A stretch of 64,000 bases of DNA from positions 136,704 through 200,703 of the forward strand of contig OZ000551.1 of NCBI GenBank assembly GCA_963923945.1, in the 5' to 3' direction. The notes under the pieces are model-generated. The model did not search any database and was not told the DNA's origin. It was given only the letters and a program-made list of their open reading frames with translations. Position 1 is the stretch's first letter. Every line of letters starts with the position of its first letter. Below are positions 54,398 through 64,000 of the stretch, piece after piece. The position numbers were made by a program, and so were the translations under genes. Source of the stretch: Alphaproteobacteria bacterium. Its GTDB lineage: Bacteria; Pseudomonadota; Alphaproteobacteria; G963923945.

Positions 54398-57283
54398 ATG
54401 AGCGGAAAAATCATTATTCGCGGTGCTCGCGAGCATAACCTGAAAAATATTGATATCGACTTGCCGCGTGAACGGCTGATTGTGATCACCGGTCTATCGG
54501 GTTCGGGAAAATCGTCTCTGGCTTTTGATACCATTTATGCTGAGGGTCAGCGACGTTATGTCGAATCCCTTTCGGCCTATGCGCGGCAATTTCTTGAACT
54601 GATGCAAAAACCCGATATTGATTCGATTGAGGGGCTTTCCCCGGCCATCTCGATTGAACAAAAAACCACATCACGCAACCCGCGTTCGACGGTCGGCACG
54701 GTCACTGAAATATATGACTATATGCGGTTGCTCTGGGCCCGGGTGGGGGTCCCGTATTCACCGGCAACCGGGTTACCGATTGAGGCCCAAACAGTCAGCC
54801 AGATGACCGATCAGATTCTTGCTCTGCCGCATGGCACCCGTCTTTACCTGTTGGCTCCGGTGGTGCGTGGCCGCAAGGGAGAATATCGCAAAGAATTGAA
54901 AGAGTATCAGAAACGTGGTTTTTTGCGGGTCAAAATTGACGGTGTTCTTTATGAAATTGAAGATGTCCCGGCCCTGGATAAAAAACGTAGCCATGTGATT
55001 GAGGTTGTGGTCGACCGGCTGGTGGTTGGGCCAGAAATCGAATCGCGGCTGGCCGATTCTCTGGAAACTTGTCTTGCTCTTACCGATGGCTTGGCCTTGG
55101 TTGAGGGGGCCGATGATGGTCGGCGTTTAACATTTTCAGCCTCTTTTTCCTGCCCGGTTTCCGGTTTCACTCTTGAAGAGATTGAGCCGCGTCTTTTTTC
55201 CTTCAACAATCCTTTTGGCGCTTGCCCAGATTGTGATGGTTTGGGGTTTAAACAGGTCTTTGATGTTGATCTTCTGATTCCTGACAACCGAAAATCCTTA
55301 CGTGATGGGGCGATTATTCCTTGGTCCGGCGCGAAAACCGGTCGTTACTATATGCAAACATTGGTCGATCTTGACCAATATTATCATTTCGGTATGGGAA
55401 CACCTTGGCGCGCTTTGGCACCCCATTACCAAAAAATTATTTTGCACGGCTCTGGAAAGGAAGAGATTGCCTTTCTTCATGATGATGGTTTCAAAAAACG
55501 GACCGTCAAAAAACCATTTGAAGGAGTCATCCCCAATCTTCAGCGCCGGTTTGATAAGGCCGATATGTGGTTGAAGGAAGAATTCTCACGCTATTTATCG
55601 GAACGCCCATGTACCGGTTGCGGGGGCAAACGTCTGAAAAACGAGGCTCTTTCGGTTAAAATTGACGGCTTCGACATTGCCCAGGCCAGCGGTTTATCGA
55701 TTGTTGCAGCCCGCCAATTTTTTGCCGGAGTTGAAAAAACCCTAACCCTTAAGCAGCAGAAAATTGCCGAGCGCATTTTGCGTGAGATTGATGAGCGCCT
55801 GACTTTTCTGATTGATGTTGGTCTGGATTATCTCACTTTATCGCGCAATTCACGCGGCTTGTCGGGCGGTGAAAGCCAGCGTATTCGCTTAGCTTCCCAA
55901 ATCGGCTCTCGTTTGACTGGGGTTCTTTATGTTCTTGATGAGCCCTCCATCGGTCTGCATCAACGGGATAATCACCGCCTGCTTGAAACCTTGGCTCGGT
56001 TACGTGATCTGGGAAACACCGTCATCGTGGTTGAGCATGATACCGACGCTATTCTCAGTGCCGATTATTTGCTTGATCTTGGGCCTGGGGCCGGTCTTCA
56101 TGGCGGGGCGATTGTCGCTCAAGGAACCCCCAAACGGGTGATGAATGCCGGTAAGGGTCTGACTGCTCATTACCTCACCGGCAAGAAAACCATCCCCATT
56201 CCAGACCGGCGCCCCCTCTCTTGCGCCAGCAGTGAGAGGATAAAACAAGCAAAAACCCAATATATCACCTTGAAAGGGGCACGCGCCAACAATCTGCGTA
56301 ATCTTGAGGTGACCTTTCCGCTCAGCGCGTTTATCTGTGTCACCGGGGTTTCGGGCGGTGGTAAATCAACTTTGGTGATTGAAACGCTTTACAAAGCCTT
56401 GGCCCGGCGCCTCAACAATGCCCGCCAGATCCCCGGCGATCATGATATGTTAAGCGGTATTGAGCATATTGATAAAGTCATTGATATTGATCAATCACCG
56501 ATTGGCCGGACACCCCGTTCCAATCCGGCGACCTATACCGGGGCGTTTACACCGATACGTGATTGGTTTACCGAACTTCCCGAATCGCGATCCAGGGGAT
56601 ATAAAGCCGGACGTTTCTCCTTCAATGTTAAAGGGGGACGCTGTGAAGCCTGCCAAGGGGAAGGCATGCTCAAGATTGAGATGCATTTTCTGCCCGATAT
56701 TTATGTCGAATGCGATCAATGCAAGGGCAAACGTTATAATAGAGAAACATTAGAAATTAAGTTCAAAAACAAGTCTATATCTGATATTTTGAATATGACA
56801 GTTGAGGAAGGATCGGCATTCTTTCAAGCCATTCCGGCAATTTTGAATAAAATTGAAACTTTAAGAAAAGTCGGGCTTGGTTATATCAAAATCGGTCAAG
56901 CAGCCACCACATTATCCGGTGGTGAAGCCCAACGGGTCAAGCTGGCCAAGGAATTGGCCAAACGAGCAACCGGGCGTACGGTTTATATTCTCGATGAGCC
57001 AACCACCGGCTTGCATTTTGACGATGTGCGTAAATTGCTTGAGGTTTTGCATACCCTGGTTGATCAAGGCAATACGGTCATTGTCATCGAGCATAATTTA
57101 GAAGTGATCAAGACAGCTGACTGGGTGATTGATCTGGGTCCAGAAGGCGGTGATCGCGGTGGCCAGATTGTTGCCCAGGGAACACCCGAACAGGTCGCGG
57201 CAACCCCTGAAAGTTACACCGGTCAATTTTTGGCCCCTCTTCTCAAGCCACAACCCAAAACGGCCGCACCGAGGGGGCGATGA
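54398..57283 (+). CDS. uvrA: Excinuclease ABC subunit A
   Basis: It has two ABC ATPase modules ([21 protein letters not shown]; LSGGE signatures) and zinc-finger cysteines, and is about 960 aa. Confidence 0.93.
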   Translation: MSGKIIIRGAREHNLKNIDIDLPRERLIVITGLSGSGKSSLAFDTIYAEGQRRYVESLSAYARQFLELMQKPDIDSIEGLSPAISIEQKTTSRNPRSTVGTVTEIYDYMRLLWARVGVPYSPATGLPIEAQTVSQMTDQILALPHGTRLYLLAPVVRGRKGEYRKELKEYQKRGFLRVKIDGVLYEIEDVPALDKKRSHVIEVVVDRLVVGPEIESRLADSLETCLALTDGLALVEGADDGRRLTFSASFSCPVSGFTLEEIEPRLFSFNNPFGACPDCDGLGFKQVFDVDLLIPDNRKSLRDGAIIPWSGAKTGRYYMQTLVDLDQYYHFGMGTPWRALAPHYQKIILHGSGKEEIAFLHDDGFKKRTVKKPFEGVIPNLQRRFDKADMWLKEEFSRYLSERPCTGCGGKRLKNEALSVKIDGFDIAQASGLSIVAARQFFAGVEKTLTLKQQKIAERILREIDERLTFLIDVGLDYLTLSRNSRGLSGGESQRIRLASQIGSRLTGVLYVLDEPSIGLHQRDNHRLLETLARLRDLGNTVIVVEHDTDAILSADYLLDLGPGAGLHGGAIVAQGTPKRVMNAGKGLTAHYLTGKKTIPIPDRRPLSCASSERIKQAKTQYITLKGARANNLRNLEVTFPLSAFICVTGVSGGGKSTLVIETLYKALARRLNNARQIPGDHDMLSGIEHIDKVIDIDQSPIGRTPRSNPATYTGAFTPIRDWFTELPESRSRGYKAGRFSFNVKGGRCEACQGEGMLKIEMHFLPDIYVECDQCKGKRYNRETLEIKFKNKSISDILNMTVEEGSAFFQAIPAILNKIETLRKVGLGYIKIGQAATTLSGGEAQRVKLAKELAKRATGRTVYILDEPTTGLHFDDVRKLLEVLHTLVDQGNTVIVIEHNLEVIKTADWVIDLGPEGGDRGGQIVAQGTPEQVAATPESYTGQFLAPLLKPQPKTAAPRGR

Positions 57284-57392
57284 GTTTTATTTTGGCCCCC
57301 CTTCTCAAGCCACAACCCAAAACGGCCGCACCGGGGGGGCGATGAGTTTTATTTTTGGCCCCCTTCTCAAGCCACAACCTAGAACCCGTTCA
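57231..57392. repeat. 62/63-bp tandem repeat (about 2.6 copies) that includes the last uvrA codons and the stop codon
   Basis: Units start at 57231, 57293 and 57356. Each has a GGCCCC(C).../...GGGGG(G)GC inverted G/C-run pair. Confidence 0.9.
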
Positions 57393-57448
57393 TCCACAAG
57401 ATCATAAACATATATCCCATCGGAGCCTGAATTAAAAAAATGAAAAAA

Positions 57449-58507
57449 TCACTCTTCTTTATATGGGACACCAAGCCGCGCCCGGGCGGCTTTGATGAGT
57501 GGGTGATCTTCGGCTGATTGTCCTTCCGTTTCAGAGGGCAAATCGGTATCTGCTGCTGCGGCATCGGTTGCCGCATCACCGGCCAATGTGCTTTTCATTA
57601 GCCGTTCAGCCAGCGTCCTCCCGGCCATTTCTGTCGACCAGGTTACTTTTGATTGATGCCGTTTTGCGGTTTCGACTGTTGATGGTGACCAGTTCCAAGA
57701 AATACGCGCTTCTTGACCTGGTTTTGGACGCGGCCAGTCAAAAATCCCCCGCCGGGCGCCGGTCTCAGTTTCGGCAAACGGGACCGGGATTGGTCGTCCC
57801 CCACCCATCGCATCGAACACCTCTACGTTAATTTCTTCGGGGTATACACCCTCAAACAACAAAATGATACGGCGCCGACCGGTCGGCAAAAAAACCGGGA
57901 AAAGCAAGGATTTTTGCGGTTGAAACAAGGCACTCTTGAATTCAAAACTCTCGCTTAATCGGATTCTTTCGCCTTCAGAAAGGGTGCGTGGTAAATGAAA
58001 CGTGACATTGAGTGCGCGGGCTTCATGGAGATCAGCTTGGGCTGCGATGGCGTGATTTTTGGTGCTGTCATCATCGGCCACCCCGACTTTGTAATTGAGG
58101 TTTGATAACAGAGTTTCACCGCTCATTGTTGCCGGTTGATGGACATATTTTCGGTTGTGTAAGCGGTTCTGCTGATCCAACAACGCCTGATAGAGGCCGC
58201 TTTCATAGACTGTCACGGTGGCGGTGGTGGCATCATGGAGCTTAAATACAATCTGGGTGGTTTGTTCGATAACCCGAAACCCATGATACCGCATGGTCAG
58301 CAGTCTGATCCAAAGACCCAAAATCCAAAGACCAAAAGCACTGATCCCCCAAAAAATGACTCGGTCAGCCAATGGATTGGAAAAATCCTGCCGATGGATG
58401 ACAAATGCCAAACAGGTCAACAAAAATGCCGCCCCAATCAGATGGTAACTGCGCCAAAACCAAGGCCAGTGGGTTGAATAAGGATTAAGCCAAGCTGTAT
58501 TCTTCAT
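57449..58507 (-). CDS. Hypothetical membrane-anchored protein
   Basis: It has two N-terminal TM helices (LIGAAFLLTCLAFVI, ISAFGLWILGLWIRLL), a ~230-aa soluble region and an acidic tail. I recognise no family. The ORF is open to 58648. Confidence 0.5.
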   Translation of the reverse strand: MKNTAWLNPYSTHWPWFWRSYHLIGAAFLLTCLAFVIHRQDFSNPLADRVIFWGISAFGLWILGLWIRLLTMRYHGFRVIEQTTQIVFKLHDATTATVTVYESGLYQALLDQQNRLHNRKYVHQPATMSGETLLSNLNYKVGVADDDSTKNHAIAAQADLHEARALNVTFHLPRTLSEGERIRLSESFEFKSALFQPQKSLLFPVFLPTGRRRIILLFEGVYPEEINVEVFDAMGGGRPIPVPFAETETGARRGIFDWPRPKPGQEARISWNWSPSTVETAKRHQSKVTWSTEMAGRTLAERLMKSTLAGDAATDAAAADTDLPSETEGQSAEDHPLIKAARARLGVPYKEE

Positions 58508-58683
58508 CCCGCATTCCACTTCTGGACACGCATCTTTACACTTCCCCCCGCCTTGATTTTGAGATTGATCGCCAGATAGCCGCGAACCCTGGATACAGAA
58601 TCGGTCTATCGATATATATAGAAGATCAAGAGTAAACGCTAAAATCAATTTAAGATTGGGCCAAAATTAATTTTTCTCCCCAT

Positions 58684-59685
58684 ATGTGGCTGTTGACCGA
58701 TGGTAAAATCGGCGACCGAGTCCAATGCTTAGGGATTGCTCAAGCATTGGGCGGTTCTTATGAAGAGCGGATTGTGTTCCCGCGTCGGCCCTGGCGTTGG
58801 ATCATGCCTTATGGTCCGGTCCCGTGGTCGGATCGACCGCCAGCACCCGCCAGCCCCATCGCACCGCCTTTCCCCGATATCGTCATCGGATCAGGCCGGT
58901 GTGCAATTTCTTATATACGCTGGATCAAGGCCAACAGCCCGGCATTTACAGTTATTTTGAAAGATCCAAGAGTCAGCCCCCATGTGGCCGATATGATTTG
59001 GGTTCCTGAGCATGATCCTCTGCGCGGTGAGAATGTCATTGTGACCGCAACCTCCCCCCACGGCATCAGCCAAGATATTCTGAACCAACGTCGCCGCATC
59101 TCACCGCCACCGGTTATGGCCTTGCCCAAGCCACGTGTTGCCATCATTCTCGGTGATCCAACCAATAAAACAGTACGGCCCCAGGCAACCATCAGACGCT
59201 TAACCAGGGATATTCGTGAATTGGCTGGCCGGGTGGGTGGCCTTATGCTCACATCATCCCGCCGCACCCCAGACCGGGTCATGCAAGCAATCATCGAAGC
59301 CATTGGCGATCATCCGGCTTGGATTCACCGGGACGGCGCGTCTGACGATAATCCGTATTTGGATATGCTGGCCCATGCCGATGGACTGGTGGTCACCGGC
59401 GATTCCCATAATATGGTGAGCGAAGCCCTGGTCACCGGCCGACCGGTAGCGGTTTTTCGTCCTCTTGGGCACAGCCGAAAATTATCCCGCTTTGTCGATA
59501 GTTTGGAACGCGCCGGCCTGGTTGACCGTTTCGATGGAGCATGGCAACCAGACATGGCTCATGGCATGAAACCAATCAACGCAACCTTGCCCATCGCTGC
59601 GGCCATAAAAACTGCTTTTATGCAGAAAACCAACCCAGAGCAAGTCGGGCCGCAGATGCCGGACCAACCCGGCCAACCGCCATAA
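58684..59685 (+). CDS. ELM1 / DUF1022-family protein (putative glycosyltransferase-like)
   Basis: The N-terminus MWLLTDGKIGDRVQCLGIAQALG and the overall length match the ELM1 (mitochondrial fission) family as I remember it. Confidence 0.6.
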   Translation: MWLLTDGKIGDRVQCLGIAQALGGSYEERIVFPRRPWRWIMPYGPVPWSDRPPAPASPIAPPFPDIVIGSGRCAISYIRWIKANSPAFTVILKDPRVSPHVADMIWVPEHDPLRGENVIVTATSPHGISQDILNQRRRISPPPVMALPKPRVAIILGDPTNKTVRPQATIRRLTRDIRELAGRVGGLMLTSSRRTPDRVMQAIIEAIGDHPAWIHRDGASDDNPYLDMLAHADGLVVTGDSHNMVSEALVTGRPVAVFRPLGHSRKLSRFVDSLERAGLVDRFDGAWQPDMAHGMKPINATLPIAAAIKTAFMQKTNPEQVGPQMPDQPGQPP

Positions 59686-59707
59686 TCAAAGATCACACGA
59701 CCAAAGA

Positions 59708-60376
59708 CTACAGAGTGATCGGTTGATCAGGAAAACAGAGTTGTTCCCGGGCCCGCCATTCATCGGTGACATAATTCAAGACGATTGAGGTGCGAACCCC
59801 GGCAATGGATCGTTTCTCAAAGCCATGCCAAGTATCGGCAGCCGGGACAAAAGCCATCGCTAAATTGGGACCAAAAGGTGAGCGGCCGACATGGTGATCT
59901 TGATCAGAATAAATATCGGTCCCTAAATCGGCATGGCCATCGGATAAATAGATGAGGATAGTCAGCCGTTTCACGCCAATATCGGTATGGGGTTCGAGCC
60001 AGAAACCATCGGTATCTTGGGCATACTCCATTCTGAGATAGGTGTCGGCGATATCGGCCCCAAAGAAGCGGGCAATTTTGACCGCAGTATCTGGTTGTTG
60101 AAAAGCACTGGCCACCGTGTCACAGACAAGGTGAGCGCGACGATGGGTCACATCAAAATAATTGCGCGAAGAATTATGGGCTTCCCTGGTCCCGGAAACA
60201 CCCCCGAGATTGGCCACCGTAAAGGGAAGATTTTGCAAATCAGCCAAAATAGTGGCCGGGAAGACATCTGTTAAATTCCAATGACGATAAGGCGTATCAT
60301 TGCAGGACGCCTGATCCAAACATGAAAAAAAAGCCGTTTTGACCGCCGCCACTTCAGACATATTCGTATTATTCAT
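59708..60376 (-). CDS. Putative 2OG-Fe(II) oxygenase superfamily protein
   Basis: It has a possible HxD...H facial triad (EPHTDIG ... TWHGF). An AAGGA SD precedes the ATG at 60376, though the ORF is open to 60403. Confidence 0.45.
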   Translation of the reverse strand: MNNTNMSEVAAVKTAFFSCLDQASCNDTPYRHWNLTDVFPATILADLQNLPFTVANLGGVSGTREAHNSSRNYFDVTHRRAHLVCDTVASAFQQPDTAVKIARFFGADIADTYLRMEYAQDTDGFWLEPHTDIGVKRLTILIYLSDGHADLGTDIYSDQDHHVGRSPFGPNLAMAFVPAADTWHGFEKRSIAGVRTSIVLNYVTDEWRAREQLCFPDQPITL

Positions 60377-60708
60377 AAAGTTATTATCCTTTTTTAACGA
60401 CACATTTTTCCAGCCACCCCTACCACTTATGGGCCATCAATGAATGAATAGTCAAGCAACCCAAGAAACCAGAACCAAGCAACATAATCGCGTCATCATC
60501 CCCCTCACCCCATCTCATAATACTGGACCCAAGACACCCGAACCCGCGAAGACATCTCGACACTTGATTTATGAACATGTTAAAGAAGCATTGAAATCAA
60601 TTCTTGATGAGGCACTCGGCATGAGGTTTATGAATGATCAATCGGGCCGCGAGACTCTCGAAAATCAACATGATCAATCAATAATCATCAACCAATGATG
60701 GAGTATAA

Positions 60709-61320
60709 ATGATGGGTTCCATTCTTCAATCCCTTCCCCGCACGTTATTGCTGGGGATTTTTTTACTGATTGTTATGATTCTGGTGGTGAGTACGGTGAC
60801 ATATACACCGGGTTTCGATTATGCTTATGCCGCTTTTTTCCTACGTTGGCTGCATGTCTTATCGGGGATTATGTGGATCGGCTTGTTGTGGTATTTTAAT
60901 TTTGTACAGATCCCCAATATGGGTCAGATTCCCGATGATCAAAAACCGGCCATCAGTAAAGTCATTGCCCCGGCCGCTTTGTTTTGGTTTCGCTGGGCGG
61001 CCATTGCCACTCTTCTCACTGGTCTGTTGCTGGCTTGGGTCAATGGCTATTTGGTCAATGCCCTGACATTGAGTTTGGCCAATGATTATATCATTTATAA
61101 AGATTTTGCCATTGGTATCGGCATGTGGCTGGGGATCATTATGGCGGTAAATGTCTGGCATTTTATTTGGCCCAATCAGAAAAAAGCCTTAGGGATTGTC
61201 CAAGCCAGCCCGGAAGAAAAAGCTGCCGCCGCCCGAACCGCTATGCTGTTTTCGCGTACCAATACTGCCCTTTCCATCCCGATGCTGTATGCGATGGTCG
61301 CGGCGCAAAATCTTTATTAA
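60709..61320 (+). CDS. Conserved integral membrane protein of unknown function
   Basis: It has about five TM helices and the motif LRWLHVLSGIMWIGLLWYFNFVQ. The family is not confidently recognised. Confidence 0.55.
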   Translation: MMGSILQSLPRTLLLGIFLLIVMILVVSTVTYTPGFDYAYAAFFLRWLHVLSGIMWIGLLWYFNFVQIPNMGQIPDDQKPAISKVIAPAALFWFRWAAIATLLTGLLLAWVNGYLVNALTLSLANDYIIYKDFAIGIGMWLGIIMAVNVWHFIWPNQKKALGIVQASPEEKAAAARTAMLFSRTNTALSIPMLYAMVAAQNLY

Positions 61321-61416
61321 ACTGTGTCCGCAATCAGGGTGCGGTCCATTGATCCAGGGTCTCTTTTATAAAGAGGCCCTGGATTTTCATGATAATACGG
61401 GCCGTGATTTTGCCAC

Positions 61417-61519
61417 CCCCTGACCTGATCACAGATTAAGAAGCCTCAGAAGCTGGGTGATGCCATTCATCGGCGGCTGGTCCCCTGACCTGATTACAGA
61501 TTAAGAAGTCTCAGAAGCC
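61417..61519. repeat. Direct duplication (65-bp period) of the secF 3' end including its stop codon
   Basis: CCCCTGACCTGATCACAGATTAAGAAGCCTCAGAAGC at 61417-61453 matches CCCCTGACCTGATTACAGATTAAGAAGTCTCAGAAGC at 61482-61518. Confidence 0.85.
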
Positions 61520-62436
61520 GCCGGGACTGTTTCGCCATCGCGTCGGAGATGAAACACCGACAGCAAGGGAGCGGCAATAAAGATTGATGAATAGGTCCCG
61601 ATAAACACCCCCCACATCATGGCAAAGACAAAATCATGAATCACCGCACCACCAAAATAAAATAGGGCCAACAAAGCCAGTAAGGTTGTGAGGCTGGTCA
61701 TGGCAGTGCGGGACAAGGTTTGGTTGGTGCTGAGATTGAGCAAGTCCCCGATGGGCATTTTACGAAATTTGCGTAAATTCTCACGAATACGGTCATAAAC
61801 AACCACTGTATCATTGATCGAATAGCCAGCGATGGTGAGAATGGCCGCAACCGTGGAGAGATTGAATTCCAACTGCATCATCGCAAAAATTCCAATTGTG
61901 GCCGTTACATCATGGACTAAAGCAATCACCGCGCCGATGCCGAACTGCCAACCATCAAAGCGCAGCCAGATATACATCAACATAGCGATGAGGGCGCAGA
62001 GAACCGCCGTGATCCCGGCCTCAATCAATTCACCGCCCACTTTGGGTCCAACAAATTCAGTCCGTCGATAATCTAGATTATCACCCAGCAGTGCTTTGAC
62101 TTGGCCAATCGCCGCCATTTGTGATTTTTCATCCCCGTCTTGCCGTTGAATTTTGATCAAAATATTTTCCGGTCCCCCAAATTCCTGAATTTCAATCTCT
62201 CCTAACCCGAGGGACTGCAACTGCTCCCTGATAACGCTGAGGTCAGGCTGCTCAGGAAAAACCACATCAATCATAATCCCACCATCAAAATCGATGCCGT
62301 AATTTAGATCCCGGACAACATATGTCACAATGGATGCCAAAATGAATAAAGTCGACACAACGAATGTCAGTTTACGTAAACCAAAAAAATCAATTTTGGT
62401 TTCAGGCGGAATAAGAGAAATCGGTTTCCAAAACAT
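61501..62436 (-). CDS. secF: Protein translocase subunit SecF
   Basis: It has six TM helices and SecF-type segments (GIDFDGG, INDTVVVYDRIRE). It lies downstream of secD. Confidence 0.9.
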   Translation of the reverse strand: MFWKPISLIPPETKIDFFGLRKLTFVVSTLFILASIVTYVVRDLNYGIDFDGGIMIDVVFPEQPDLSVIREQLQSLGLGEIEIQEFGGPENILIKIQRQDGDEKSQMAAIGQVKALLGDNLDYRRTEFVGPKVGGELIEAGITAVLCALIAMLMYIWLRFDGWQFGIGAVIALVHDVTATIGIFAMMQLEFNLSTVAAILTIAGYSINDTVVVYDRIRENLRKFRKMPIGDLLNLSTNQTLSRTAMTSLTTLLALLALFYFGGAVIHDFVFAMMWGVFIGTYSSIFIAAPLLSVFHLRRDGETVPAASETS

Positions 62437-62495
62437 CGGACATCTTTGCGAAATGAATAAAAATCAATAAAGCGCTTATCAAAACCCTGACCGAC

Positions 62496-64000
62496 CTAAA
62501 TCGGTATGGCAGATGGTCGCGCCCTCTTCAGCCACAAAACCACCATCATCCGGGTGATCATGATCGCGGTAAACATGGAGGTTATGATCCCTAAGGATAA
62601 AGTAACGGCAAACCCTTTGACCGGCCCTGAACCGAAACCATAGAGCAAAACAGCGGCAATCAATGTGGTCACATTGGCGTCAATAATGGTTTTGAGAGCT
62701 TGTTTATACCCGGACTCAACGGCGTTAATTGGTGTGCGTCCGGAGCGGATTTCCTCACGAATACGCTCAAAAATCAAAACATTGGCATCCACCGCCATCC
62801 CGACCGTCAAGACAATTCCGGCAATTCCCGGTAAGGTCAGTGTCGCTTGCAGGGCCGACATAGCCCCCAAAATCAGGAATAAATTGAGGATCAAAGCAAT
62901 GTCAGCCAGCAACCCGAAAAACCCATAAATCACCGCCATAAAAATCACCACCAAGATAAATCCAATAATACAGGCGATTTGACCCGCCGCAATCGAGTCG
63001 GCTCCCAAGCTGGGGCCAACGCTACGTTCTTCCAGGATGGTCAACGGCGCTGGCAATGCACCGGCTTGCAGCAGCAACGCCAAGTCATTGGCTTCATCGG
63101 CTGTGAAACGGCCGGTAATGATCCCGTTACCGCCCAAAATCGCTTGCAGGATGCGCGGGGCGCTGATCACCGCATCATCCAGCAGAATGGCCAGTCTTTT
63201 CCCGACATTATCTTGAGTGATTTTACCGAATTTTTTGGCTCCGATGCTATCAAAAGCAAATGAAACCACATATTGACCGCTGGTCTGATCAAAAGTCGGG
63301 GCGGCACTCTTCAAGCGATCGCCACTGATTTCAACCCGTTTGCGGACAATATAATAAGGCTCTTCTTGATTGTTCGGATCATCATTGGGGACCACCATGG
63401 CTCCCGGTGGCAGGATTTTTCCCCTCTCTTCATAAAGGGCTGGGGTTGTGTCATCAAGAAAATGTAAGGTCAGTTTGGCTGTACGTCCCAAAAGGGACTT
63501 GACCCGCTCAGGATCACGTAAACCGGGCAGCTGGACCACAATACGGTCTTCTCCTTGCCGTTGAATGGCCGGTTCCCGGGTGCCGGTCTCATCAATACGG
63601 CGACGAATGACTTCGATTGATTGTTGAATGGCCGCAGTCTTGACTTCACGCAAAGCCTCAGGGCTAAAGCCGATCTCAATCACACCATCTTGTTCAACCA
63701 ATTCAAGCCCTTGCTCTATCTCTTGTAAGGCGGCCCGCGCTTGGGCAATTTGAGCCGGATCACGAATCTCAACAACCGCTTTTTGGCCCTTAGGACCCAG
63801 GCCGGTATAGCCGATTTTTTCATCGCGCAATGCAACCCGCATGGCATCAATGATCCCATCGACTCGTTCGCGAATCACTTCCTTGAGACCCACCTCAAGC
63901 AGGAGATGAGATCCTCCTTGCAGATCAAGACCGAGATTGACTGTTTGTTCAGCCAGCCAATCAGGCAACAGACCGGCATGATTTTTACCGAGGAAATTCG
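62496..64000 (-). CDS. secD: Protein translocase subunit SecD (N-terminus lies outside the window)
   Basis: It has LGLDLQGGSHLLLEV, a periplasmic domain, and a C-terminal six-TM SecD/F module (VDANVLIFERIREE). The ORF runs off the window end. Confidence 0.9.
   Translation of the reverse strand, partial: NFLGKNHAGLLPDWLAEQTVNLGLDLQGGSHLLLEVGLKEVIRERVDGIIDAMRVALRDEKIGYTGLGPKGQKAVVEIRDPAQIAQARAALQEIEQGLELVEQDGVIEIGFSPEALREVKTAAIQQSIEVIRRRIDETGTREPAIQRQGEDRIVVQLPGLRDPERVKSLLGRTAKLTLHFLDDTTPALYEERGKILPPGAMVVPNDDPNNQEEPYYIVRKRVEISGDRLKSAAPTFDQTSGQYVVSFAFDSIGAKKFGKITQDNVGKRLAILLDDAVISAPRILQAILGGNGIITGRFTADEANDLALLLQAGALPAPLTILEERSVGPSLGADSIAAGQIACIIGFILVVIFMAVIYGFFGLLADIALILNLFLILGAMSALQATLTLPGIAGIVLTVGMAVDANVLIFERIREEIRSGRTPINAVESGYKQALKTIIDANVTTLIAAVLLYGFGSGPVKGFAVTLSLGIITSMFTAIMITRMMVVLWLKRARPSAIPI

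Noticed and set aside
57129-57407. A 92-aa ORF reads through the uvrA terminal repeats.
   Set aside because: It is an out-of-frame reading of uvrA 3' sequence and its duplicated units, and an artefact of the repeat.
60444-60698. An 84-aa ORF lies between the oxygenase-like gene and the membrane-protein gene.
   Set aside because: It has no Shine-Dalgarno sequence, a polar low-complexity composition, and sits in what is more likely a promoter region. Support is insufficient to call it.

Overview
This 64-kb window looks like a mostly housekeeping chromosomal segment, probably from an alphaproteobacterium. That placement is an inference from gene order: recG / sdhE-mfd, ntrY-ntrX-trkA ... hfq-hflX, and mltB-rlpA-dacC-tmk-holB-metG-tatD. 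I support about 50 protein-coding genes and two tRNAs, Lys-UUU and Ser-UGA. I found no rRNA, CRISPR array, transposase, integrase or phage genes.

Content in order:
- gyrA 3' end, a membrane-anchored XRE regulator, coaD, a cyclophilin, and tRNA-Lys followed by a patatin-like lipase.
- A seven-gene lipid-modification cluster (FAD oxidoreductase, DUF1365, CFA-synthase-like, chalcone-isomerase-like, MFS, DUF3833, SDR).
- recG, sdhE, mfd, tRNA-Ser, a Sel1-repeat protein, msrPQ, ntrYX, trkA, a class IV aminotransferase, hfq, hflX, chrA, a dehydrogenase and mazG.
- Two tandem, nearly identical inverse-autotransporter (intimin/invasin-like) genes.
- An MBL hydrolase, tatD, metG, holB, tmk, dacC, rlpA, mltB and an egtB-egtD-egtE-like ergothioneine cluster.
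- ssb, uvrA, an unknown membrane protein, an ELM1-like protein, a 2OG-oxygenase-like protein, secF and secD (truncated by the window end).

Most noteworthy observations:
1. The tandem inverse-autotransporter pair shows mosaic identity, has a divergent C-terminal tip domain I cannot assign to a family, and is flanked by a gene relic.
2. A G/C-run palindromic REP-like element family forms tandem arrays after gyrA and mfd. It supplies the gyrA stop codon and makes up the sequence just upstream of the hfq ribosome-binding site.
3. Short tandem duplications repeatedly span gene 3' ends and stop codons (gyrA, mfd, uvrA, trkA, secF, the second inverse-autotransporter gene, and weakly coaD).

I do not see a clear multi-gene system that is entirely novel. 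All calls come from reading the translations and sequence by eye. No database search was run, and many start codons are uncertain.
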